This document shows, piece after piece, positions 19,244 through 26,746 of a stretch of 64,000 nt of DNA. This stretch comes from an uncultured delta proteobacterium (lineage in GTDB: Bacteria > Desulfobacterota > Desulfobacteria > Desulfobacterales > UBA2156), in the NCBI GenBank assembly GCA_963736855.1, contig CAVTQK010000006.1, positions 79,328 through 143,327 of the forward strand, in the 5' to 3' direction. Under the pieces are notes generated by a model. It did not search any database, was not told where the DNA came from, and was given only the letters and a program-made list of their open reading frames with translations. Positions within the stretch are counted from its first letter, which is position 1. Each line of letters begins with the position of its first letter. A program made the translations under genes and the position numbers.

Positions 19244-20897
19244 TAATAAAAGGGAGAATCACCGGACGGCGCTGGATTGCAAAATAGAAGTATTGCCTGA
19301 GCGCCGACTGAATTTTCGTGCGGATCTTTTCGATCCGATTTGGGATTTCAGGGGGAATTTCCTCGACGATTTCTAATATCACACACTTGGCGTCCTCCAG
19401 AAGATAGCCGGATTCGGTTTCAAAAATAAAGCCCCGCGACACCACATCCGGACCATAGGCTATAATACCGGTCTCCTCGTCAAAGGCCATATTCACCACG
19501 ACCAGGCCGTCTTCCGACAAGAGACGCCGCTCCTTGAGAACACTTCTTCCCACATCTCCGATCCCCTTTCCATCCACCAGAACCCGCCCTGTAAAAACCC
19601 GATCACGGATTCTCCCTCCCTTCGAATCGAATTCGATGATTTGACCGTTCTCCGCCAAAAGCACCCGTTCTTTGGGTATGCCGACTTTTTCAGCCAATCG
19701 TGCATGCAGCGCCAAATGACGGTATTCTCCGTGAACCGGAATGAAATATTTCGGCCGGGTCAGGGCGATCATCAATTTCAATTCTTCCCGAAAGGCGTGA
19801 CCGCTGGCATGGATATTGGATATTTTCTCATAAATAACGTCTGCCTCCAGGCGGCAGAGCTTGTTGATGATATTGCCGATGGCTCTTTCATTTCCCGGAA
19901 TAAACTTGGATGAAAGAATAACCATGTCCCCTCTTTTGATAGCAACCCACTTATGGGTCTTGGTGGCCATGCGTGCCAGAGAAGACATGGGTTCCCCCTG
20001 GCTCCCCGTGGTGATCAAAAGGAGCTCTTCATCCGGGAACTCCCCAATCCGACTGATGTCGATCTGCATCTGTTCGGGAATATCGATTAAACCCAGCTCC
20101 TTGGCGATATTGACGGTGGTTTCGATGCTTTTTCCGTCTAGTACCACCTTTCGACCCTGGGCTTTGGCGATCTCCACAATCTTCCCGATACGGGTAATGT
20201 TGGAAGCAAAAAGAGAGATGATCACGCGCCCCTTGTGACTGTGTGTAACCTGTGACAGGGTTTCGGCGATTTCTTCGGCGGATACGGTATGCCCTTCCCT
20301 TTCCACATTGGTGGAATCGGATAGCAGGGCTAAAACCCCTTCATCGCCGCATCGAGCAAAATGATTCACGTCTGTGGTCATTCCCCCCGAAGCCGCATGG
20401 TTGATATTGAAATCCCCGGTATGCACCACCAATCCGTAGGGAGTGTGGATCGCCACGCCGACGCCGCCGACCACACTATGTCCCACCCGGATAAATTCAA
20501 GTTCCAGCTTTCCGATTTTCAGAAGCTCTCCGGGAGAGATATCATGCAGATCACAGGAAGACAGTATTCCGTATTCTTCGAGTTTGCGTCTCACAACCCC
20601 CAAGGTGAAGGGCGTCCCGAAAACCGGAGCATGAATATCTTTGAGCAGGTAGGGGAGTGCGCCGATGTGATCCTCGTGGGCATGGGTCAAGACAATGCCG
20701 GAAAGACGGGGCCCCGCCTTTTTCAGATAGGTCATGTCGGGGATCACTAAATCGACCCCGAGCATATATTCCTCCGGAAACATGAGACCGGCGTCGATGA
20801 CGAAAAGCGTATCTTGATACTGGATCGCCATCATATTCAGGCCTATTTCTCCCAGGCCGCCCAGAGGTATCAGTTTGAGCACCTCACGTCCCTCCAT
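19233..20897 (-). CDS. rnj: Ribonuclease J (metallo-beta-lactamase/beta-CASP)
   Basis: LKLIPLGGLGEIGLNMM, the HAHEDHIGALPYL metal motif, and 554 aa with an RNase J type C-terminal domain. Confidence 0.85.
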   Translation of the reverse strand: MEGREVLKLIPLGGLGEIGLNMMAIQYQDTLFVIDAGLMFPEEYMLGVDLVIPDMTYLKKAGPRLSGIVLTHAHEDHIGALPYLLKDIHAPVFGTPFTLGVVRRKLEEYGILSSCDLHDISPGELLKIGKLELEFIRVGHSVVGGVGVAIHTPYGLVVHTGDFNINHAASGGMTTDVNHFARCGDEGVLALLSDSTNVEREGHTVSAEEIAETLSQVTHSHKGRVIISLFASNITRIGKIVEIAKAQGRKVVLDGKSIETTVNIAKELGLIDIPEQMQIDISRIGEFPDEELLLITTGSQGEPMSSLARMATKTHKWVAIKRGDMVILSSKFIPGNERAIGNIINKLCRLEADVIYEKISNIHASGHAFREELKLMIALTRPKYFIPVHGEYRHLALHARLAEKVGIPKERVLLAENGQIIEFDSKGGRIRDRVFTGRVLVDGKGIGDVGRSVLKERRLLSEDGLVVVNMAFDEETGIIAYGPDVVSRGFIFETESGYLLEDAKCVILEIVEEIPPEIPNRIEKIRTKIQSALRQYFYFAIQRRPVILPFIIEV

Positions 20898-21619
20898 GAG
20901 TCCGACTCAAAGGAATTTTTCATAATGTCCCGTATCTTTTCCAGCAGGGCATCCTTATTTTTCCTGCTGAAATTTCGGGTCTCAACAGGGGACAGCACTT
21001 GAAGAACCACGCTTCCGGGCCGGATCGTCAACCCCTCTTTGGACATAATGGACCAAGTACCGAACAAAATAACAGGAACGATGGGAACTCCGGCTTCCGT
21101 TGCCAGGACGAAGCCGCCCTTCTTGAACGGACTTATTCGGCCGTCACGACTCCTTGTCCCTTCGGGAAATATGAGCACCGACGCACCATCCCGGATGGTT
21201 TGAGCTGCCTGCTTCAGGCTTAAAAAAGCACTCTTACGATCAGATCGATCGATGCTGATGTAACCTGCCTTTCGCATGGCCCGGCCGAAAACAGGGATCT
21301 TGAAAAGCTCGGCCTTTGCCAGCCACCGGAACTGAACCTTGAGATGGGCCAGCAGAACCGGGATGTCGAAATTGCTCTGATGATTGGCCATGAAGATATA
21401 GCTTTTGTTTGGGTCGATATTAGAAAAACCCTCCACCTGAACTCGAATCCGGCTGATGAGAAGGATGCACCTGCCCCAAATTCTGGCGATCTTATGACTG
21501 CTTTTATCCGGACTTCCGAAAAAGGAGACGATCACTGCCATGGTACCAAAAAAAGCGGTCAAGAAGACGACAACCGCTATGATGCAAAATGTCCGAACCA
21601 TATCTGCTGCGCGTTTCAC
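20870..21619 (-). CDS. plsC: 1-acyl-sn-glycerol-3-phosphate acyltransferase
   Basis: NHQSNFDIPV (HX4D-type block) and FPEGTRSRDG motifs, with an N-terminal TM segment. Confidence 0.85.
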   Translation of the reverse strand: MKRAADMVRTFCIIAVVVFLTAFFGTMAVIVSFFGSPDKSSHKIARIWGRCILLISRIRVQVEGFSNIDPNKSYIFMANHQSNFDIPVLLAHLKVQFRWLAKAELFKIPVFGRAMRKAGYISIDRSDRKSAFLSLKQAAQTIRDGASVLIFPEGTRSRDGRISPFKKGGFVLATEAGVPIVPVILFGTWSIMSKEGLTIRPGSVVLQVLSPVETRNFSRKNKDALLEKIRDIMKNSFESDSWRDVRCSN

Positions 21620-21734
21620 GATGCTTTCCCTTTGTGTTGACCCTGCTGTTGCAAAAGCCGAGGATGCCCCGGATCCAAGGCGTCCAAGGGCGAAGCCGTA
21701 GTATTTTACTGGGAGCCCTTGGTAACGAAGGAGA

Positions 21735-21900
21735 CGGGGCGTTCTCGGCTTTCCCTCCGGGTAAAAAACATGACAAATTTTTTATTCGTTTTAGAAGTCA
21801 CTAAAAGTTTATTCGCGAACCATGCCTAAACGTATTCAAATGCCCTGTTATCATTCTTTTTTTCTATTCCTTGTCATGTTTTTATGCAACTGCAGGGTTG
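21735..21900 (-). repeat. Copy 1 of a ~165-bp intergenic repeat (upstream of plsC)
   Basis: About 90 percent identical by eye to 31764-31860 plus 32052-32125 on the opposite strand. It ends with ATGTTTTTTACCC(G/A)GAGGGAAAGCC. Confidence 0.8.
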
Positions 21901-21911
21901 ATTTCCGGAGT

Positions 21912-22244
21912 TTAGGTCTGGATTCCCAACTCATCAAAAATCGCATCGATGAACCGAATGAGCCAGTTGCGCTGGGTTTCGGTAGCATACCCCATACAGG
22001 CGCAGTGTACCCGTTGATGGGTACGGATCAGCAATTCGCAGGCCAACCGGTCTTTGTGCATCTCAAAAGCGAAGTAAAACGGCTGGCATGCTTGATGTTC
22101 GCACTGAAGATCAGTGAGGATCCCCGGTTCAAGGGAAATCCAGTATATGTTTTCCAAACCGCCGAGGGTGTAATGTTCATCAAGATACGCTTTGATTTTT
22201 TCGTGGTCCTGCTCGCGGAGTTCATCGATGACATATTGCTTCAT
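21912..22244 (-). CDS. Conserved-looking hypothetical protein with Cys/His clusters
   Basis: 110-aa ORF in a good coding context, with CEHQAC and HCAC clusters. I do not recognise a family. Confidence 0.4.
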   Translation of the reverse strand: MKQYVIDELREQDHEKIKAYLDEHYTLGGLENIYWISLEPGILTDLQCEHQACQPFYFAFEMHKDRLACELLIRTHQRVHCACMGYATETQRNWLIRFIDAIFDELGIQT

Positions 22245-22321
22245 GATTTATTAAGATTACCACACACACCCTTTCGTTGCAATAAGCATGGGAAAAACCT
22301 TTTTTCCTAAAAAAGTCTTTC

Positions 22322-22351
22322 TTGACAAAAAGAACCTTTAAAGTTTATGTT
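22322..22351 (+). promoter_or_regulatory. Sigma70-like promoter candidate for the thi operon
   Basis: TTGACA (22322-22327), an 18-nt spacer, then TATGTT (22346-22351), just upstream of the riboswitch. Confidence 0.4.
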
Positions 22352-22363
22352 AAAAAAAATGAG

Positions 22364-22456
22364 ATCCACCACAGGGGCGGCGAAGCAAGCCTGAGAAGGT
22401 ACCCTTTGAACCTGATCCGGGTAATGCCGGCGTAGGGATGAGATGCGGTGGAGATT
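22364..22456 (+). ncRNA. TPP (THI-box) riboswitch
   Basis: P1 arms tccaccac / gcggtgga enclose GGGGCG...CTGAGAAGGTACCCTTTGAACCTGATCCGGGTAATGCCGGCGTAGGGA, matching the TPP aptamer consensus. It sits directly upstream of thiM-thiE-thiL. Confidence 0.9.
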
Positions 22457-22470
22457 TTCAGAGGGGACCA

Positions 22471-22508
22471 AGGGTTGTTTTTGCCAAAAAAACAACCCTT
22501 TTTTTATT
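22471..22508 (+). terminator. Riboswitch expression platform: intrinsic terminator hairpin plus T-run
   Basis: agggttgttttt-gcc-aaaaaaacaaccct followed by tttttttatt. Confidence 0.7.
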
Positions 22509-22523
22509 CCAAAGGAGATGTCC

Positions 22524-23330
22524 ATGACACATTTTTCCAGCCAGGCTGCTTTAAATCTCCGGATGATTCGGGACACGAGACCGCTGATCCACAACATCAC
22601 CAACTATGTGGTCATGAACTATACAGCCAACGCCCTTTTGTGCGCCGGGGCCTCTCCCGTGATGGCTCATGCCGCGGGAGAGGTGGAAGACATGGTCTCC
22701 CTGTCGAAAGCCCTGGTCCTCAACATCGGGACCCTCACCGATGATTGGGTCGCCTCGATGATCCAGGCTGGAAAGCGTGCCAATGTGTTAAATATACCAG
22801 TGATCCTGGATCCTGTAGGATCGGGGGCCACTGCATTGCGAACCCGTTCGGCCAAGCGGATCCTCGAGCAGACTTCCGTCAAGGTGCTGCGGGGAAACGC
22901 ATCGGAAATTCTGTCACTGAGAAGTGCTGACTCGAAAACCAAGGGCGTCGATTCGATCCATTCCGTTGAAGACGCCGCCGATATAGCCGGGACTCTTGCC
23001 CGGGAATTGAAAACCACCCTGGCCATCACGGGAGCCGTGGACATGGTCACTGACGGAAAACAGAAGGTTCGAGTCGAAAACGGACATCCCCTGATGGGAA
23101 AAGTCACGGGAACCGGATGCACGGCAACGGCAATCATCGGCGCTTTTCTGGCCGTAGACGGCGATCCGGTCATCGCAGCCTCAACCGCCCTGGCCTTTTT
23201 CGGCCTGGCCGGAGAGTACGCCGCTAAAAAAGCTCAATCTCCGGGGAGTTTCATGATCGCACTTCTGGACGCCCTGTATGACATTTCACCCGATGAACTC
23301 GAAAAAGAGTGCCGGATCCGAGAAGCGTAA
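22524..23330 (+). CDS. thiM: Hydroxyethylthiazole kinase
   Basis: LIHNITNYVVMNYTANALLCAGASPVMAHA motif. ORF 22443 extends over the riboswitch; ATG 22524 has GGAG 6 nt upstream. Confidence 0.85.
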   Translation: MTHFSSQAALNLRMIRDTRPLIHNITNYVVMNYTANALLCAGASPVMAHAAGEVEDMVSLSKALVLNIGTLTDDWVASMIQAGKRANVLNIPVILDPVGSGATALRTRSAKRILEQTSVKVLRGNASEILSLRSADSKTKGVDSIHSVEDAADIAGTLARELKTTLAITGAVDMVTDGKQKVRVENGHPLMGKVTGTGCTATAIIGAFLAVDGDPVIAASTALAFFGLAGEYAAKKAQSPGSFMIALLDALYDISPDELEKECRIREA

Positions 23331-23980
23331 TGGAAGATTTTTCAAGACGGATCGATTATTCCCTATACCTCGTTACAGACCGGGGTCTTGCTGGAGGAAA
23401 AAGCACCCTCGAAATCGTCCGGGCCGCGGTGATGGGGGGTGTGACCTGCGTCCAGCTTAGGGAAAAAAAGGGCTCCACCCGGGAATTTGTCGCCGAGGCT
23501 CTTGCTGTTCGCGACCTTTTGAGAAGTCTACATATTCCCCTCATCATTAATGACCGCCTGGACGTGGCCTTGGCGGTTCAAGCCGACGGTCTGCATCTGG
23601 GACAAACGGACATACCCCTTGAATTTGCCCGGCGCATCGTCGGAAGATCCATGATCATCGGCATCTCGGCTGAATCCGTAAATGATGCCGTCGAGGCGGA
23701 AAAGGGCGGGGCGGATTATATCAGCGTCAGCCCCGTCTTCTCGACCCCGACAAAGACCGACACCGCACCTCCCCTCGGACTGGAAGGACTTAAAAAAATC
23801 CGGGGACGGGTTGCACCCCCCTTGGTGGCCATCGGCGGGCTGAACCGGGAAAATATCGAAGCGGTCATCCGGAATGGGGCAGACGGGGTAGCCGTGGTAT
23901 CATCCATTGTCTGCGCACAAGATCCCATGCAGGAGGCACAAGAATTGAAACGTCTCATTCAAAAGGCCAGATCCACTTGA
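23330..23980 (+). CDS. thiE: Thiamine-phosphate synthase
   Basis: YLVTDR...VQLREK...GADYISVSPVFSTPTK motifs. ATG 23330 overlaps the thiM stop (TAATG); ORF-track start 23309 is the alternative. Confidence 0.85.
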   Translation: MEDFSRRIDYSLYLVTDRGLAGGKSTLEIVRAAVMGGVTCVQLREKKGSTREFVAEALAVRDLLRSLHIPLIINDRLDVALAVQADGLHLGQTDIPLEFARRIVGRSMIIGISAESVNDAVEAEKGGADYISVSPVFSTPTKTDTAPPLGLEGLKKIRGRVAPPLVAIGGLNRENIEAVIRNGADGVAVVSSIVCAQDPMQEAQELKRLIQKARST

Positions 23981-24981
23981 AACTTAAAGAGATCGGTGAG
24001 TTCGGATGGATCGACCGGATTCGCGGAGGATGCCTGATCCGCGAGGACACAATCCTGAAAGGAATCGGGGACGATGCAGCCGTTTTCTTCACCCGGCCTG
24101 ACATGGCCACACTGGTCACGACCGACTTGCTGGTGGAACGCGTCCATTTCCTGAAAAACGCCACTTCGGCATTCAACTTGGGATATAAGGCCATGGCCAT
24201 GAATTTAAGCGATATCGCAGCTATGGGAGGAGAGCCGAGAGAGGCTTTTGTCAGCATCGGGATCCCCCAAGATTGCTCCATTGAGTTCTTGGACGAACTC
24301 TACGAAGGGATGAAGCATCTTGCCGCCGAACACCGGGTGAACATACTCGGCGGGGATACCACAGGCTCTAAAACCGATCTCATCATCAATATCACGGTGG
24401 TCGGAACGATACCCCCTTCCGAGGTTCTTTATCGTCATGCCGCACAACCCGGAGACGCGATCCTGTCCACTGGATTTTTAGGGAACAGCCGGGCAGGACT
24501 TCACATTATCCTGGAAGGGATCCCGATAGATGCCCCCTTTCTCCAAGAGCTCGTGGATGCCCACCTGAAGCCCCGGCCCTACGTGCTCGAAGCAAGATTC
24601 CTGGCAAGTCTGGGAGGGGTCCATGCAGCAATTGATGTCAGCGACGGCCTGAGCTCGGATCTGGGCCATATCCTCAAGTCAAGCAGCGTAGGCGCGCAAT
24701 TGGTAGCCCAAAAGATCCCCATCTCCGAAAACCTGAAACGATTCTGCGCGAGATTCAGCCGGGATCCATTGGAATACGCTCTCTCCGGCGGTGAAGACTA
24801 CACCCTTTTGATCACGGTGTCTCCCGACAGGGAAAAAACGGTCCGCGAGGCTTATAAGAAAACCTTTGAAACCCCCTTATTCCCGATCGGCTGGATCAAC
24901 GATTCCCGAAAGCTGGAGATGGTGAGCACCTCGGGGGCCTTGAATAAGGTAACGGCGTCCGGATGGGATCACTTCAAGTGA
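23977..24981 (+). CDS. thiL: Thiamine-monophosphate kinase
   Basis: MKLKEIGEFGWIDRI...GIGDDAAV N-terminus, an AIR-synthase-like fold, and an ATGA overlap with thiE. Confidence 0.85.
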   Translation: MKLKEIGEFGWIDRIRGGCLIREDTILKGIGDDAAVFFTRPDMATLVTTDLLVERVHFLKNATSAFNLGYKAMAMNLSDIAAMGGEPREAFVSIGIPQDCSIEFLDELYEGMKHLAAEHRVNILGGDTTGSKTDLIINITVVGTIPPSEVLYRHAAQPGDAILSTGFLGNSRAGLHIILEGIPIDAPFLQELVDAHLKPRPYVLEARFLASLGGVHAAIDVSDGLSSDLGHILKSSSVGAQLVAQKIPISENLKRFCARFSRDPLEYALSGGEDYTLLITVSPDREKTVREAYKKTFETPLFPIGWINDSRKLEMVSTSGALNKVTASGWDHFK

Positions 24982-25215
24982 GGTTTTGGGTGTTGTGCTT
25001 TTCCAGGTCAATGAGGGCCTGTTTAAGGGGCATCCCCCCGCCAAATTGACCCGGCGTGCCATCGCTTCGGATCACCAGGTGGCAGGGTATCAACAACGGC
25101 AGAGGGTTTTTTTTCGGTACAACACCGCTGAATAGCCAAACAAGGTTTGAAAAATCAATGAATACCCTGACTTTCGAGTCATACCGGCTTGCGGCATGGA
25201 CTGGGATGTCATCCC
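24974..25215 (-). pseudogene. Degenerate remnant of an O6-alkylguanine-DNA alkyltransferase (MGMT/Ogt) DNA-binding domain
   Basis: The minus-strand frame reads (TAA)WDDIPVHAASRY...NPLPLLIPCHLVIRSDGTPGQFGGGMPLKQALIDLEKH*, compared with the family pattern IP.G...SY...NP.P..IPCHRV....G..GGY.GG. There is no start codon, a stop lies just upstream of W, and the helix-turn-helix part is not conserved. Confidence 0.5.
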
Positions 25216-25299
25216 ATTATTTCATAAATATCGGGGTGGCAAATAATTTAGGTTTCGGAAAAGATCTTTTTCGATAAATGGAAGGGGGCTTAAGAACTT

Positions 25300-25334
25300 A
25301 ATCCCCCCGGCCCTGAAAGAGGGCCGGGGGGATT
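25300..25334. terminator. 14-bp GC-rich hairpin (bidirectional terminator candidate downstream of the ferredoxin gene)
   Basis: aatccccccggccc-tgaaaga-gggccggggggatt, with perfect arms read from the sequence. Confidence 0.55.
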
Positions 25335-25348
25335 AAAAACCATATCGC

Positions 25349-25537
25349 TTAGGTCTCCTCTACGGTGATGGCGCCAGGCTCACAGACTTCCACGCAGCTC
25401 TCACAACCCAGGCATTCGTCAGCATTGACCGGGACGGACTTGTCATCTACCAGTTCAAAGACTTCGACCGGGCAGACTTCCACGCATTCTCCGCAACCTT
25501 CGCACTTGTCATTGTCAACTGCCACGCTATATCCCAT
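25349..25537 (-). CDS. 2x[4Fe-4S] ferredoxin
   Basis: 62 aa with CEGCGECVEVCP and CLGCESCVEVCE motifs. A strong RBS (GAAAGGAGG) lies upstream. Confidence 0.9.
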   Translation of the reverse strand: MGYSVAVDNDKCEGCGECVEVCPVEVFELVDDKSVPVNADECLGCESCVEVCEPGAITVEET

Positions 25538-25610
25538 TTCGAAAAGCCTCCTTTCATAGTTTCTTAAGATCTCATTGACCGATCTTTGGTTTTCAGATTA
25601 AGGCAAGCCA

Positions 25611-25637
25611 CTTATACCAATCCATATCCCGAGTCAA
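25611..25637 (-). promoter_or_regulatory. Sigma70-like promoter candidate for the ferredoxin gene
   Basis: On the minus strand: TTGACT, a 15-16 nt spacer, then TATAAG. The spacer is short, so confidence is low. Confidence 0.3.
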
Positions 25638-25686
25638 GCTTTATTCGAACTTTTTTTTGGCGACTTTTTAAAAAACATGCCGGAAT

Positions 25687-26700
25687 TTATGCCGATAAAT
25701 GGACCACAAGTGTCCTTCTTGCAAGCATTCCCTGAAATTTGGGGAGCGGCGAAAAATCGGCAGCACGCCCAAAAAAGGTCGAGGGACTTTCATCGACGGC
25801 ATGCACGGTCACGAGCAACGCTCTATGTCCGCCGAAGGGGATCGATGCTTCCACAAGGGGGTCGGAGATACGGAAATCCGGATCCTCCAATGCTTTTGCC
25901 AACCCTTCTTGAAAGGCCTCTTTCCAAGGGTCAGTCCCTTCGGCTCTACCATTCGCGGTCGGAATGGCATGAAATTGCACCGACCGGTATGAAAGTGGTG
26001 CAAGTTCCAGCAGATGTTCCATCGCCGGCCTGCTGTGAGTCACCCAAACGAGGGTTTTATCGCTGTCTTCCGGAACGACGCCGTGAAGGAGCAATCGGGC
26101 CCATGCGGCCAGCCGCTCCGGAACCATGTAGTCTTCCGGTGTATCCGATCCGAAAGCGTCGATCTTTGTATGGGTAGACGCCTCTCCCGTGAGGCTTTGA
26201 AATAGTTTCTTTTCCGTCCGAGCTAAGGATCTCAGGTCTTTTTGAACCTCGAAGCTTTCGATATCGTATTGCTGAGCCATATGAAGGAAAAGGGCTGCCC
26301 TGAATACGAGATCCTCAGGCTTTTGACTCAAACCGGCCTTACCGTTTTTTTTCATGGAAGAAACGATTTGGGATGCAATTTTTTCATCGTCTGGTTCGGT
26401 GGATCCCTCCAGCCAGGCAACAAACCGGGTTTTAAGATCCCCTTTGGATCCATGCATTCGGGCAAAGGCCTGAAATTCGTTAAAGGCCTCGGTCAGCCGA
26501 GCCCGCTGATCCACCATCACTGGACAAACGGTTAAGAAGCCGCCTTCGATAGCCGCCGACATAGATTCCGGAACCTTAAGCAGGAACGGCTGAATCGTTT
26601 CAACCGAAGCAAAGCACGCCGCAAGGTCCTCTAGAACGGTTTCCTGAACAACCGTGTTGGGGAAATATATCGCTTTTATGGCTTTCATTTCTCCTGTCAT
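25687..26700 (-). CDS. Hypothetical protein (about 338 aa), no recognised family
   Basis: ORF 25687..26862. The upstream 54 codons overlap the preceding gene, so the likely start is ATG 26700 (MTGEMKAIKAIYFPN). It is co-oriented with the CysK::CysRS-like gene and the ferredoxin. Confidence 0.5.
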   Translation of the reverse strand: MTGEMKAIKAIYFPNTVVQETVLEDLAACFASVETIQPFLLKVPESMSAAIEGGFLTVCPVMVDQRARLTEAFNEFQAFARMHGSKGDLKTRFVAWLEGSTEPDDEKIASQIVSSMKKNGKAGLSQKPEDLVFRAALFLHMAQQYDIESFEVQKDLRSLARTEKKLFQSLTGEASTHTKIDAFGSDTPEDYMVPERLAAWARLLLHGVVPEDSDKTLVWVTHSRPAMEHLLELAPLSYRSVQFHAIPTANGRAEGTDPWKEAFQEGLAKALEDPDFRISDPLVEASIPFGGHRALLVTVHAVDESPSTFFGRAADFSPLPKFQGMLARRTLVVHLSA

Positions 26701-26746
26701 CTGAACATCCCGTTCCGCCTTTGCTGTAGACTTAACTGAGCCCTTA

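Noticed and set aside
21800-21830. Sigma54 (-24/-12) promoter within the intergenic repeat (AGGCATGGTTCGCG)
   Set aside because: The GG-to-GC spacing is 2 nt too short, and the second copy (AGGTATGGTTCTCG) lacks the GC element.
22443-22523. ORF-track start of thiM at 22443
   Set aside because: This stretch is the 3' half of the TPP riboswitch and its terminator. ATG 22524 has a proper RBS.
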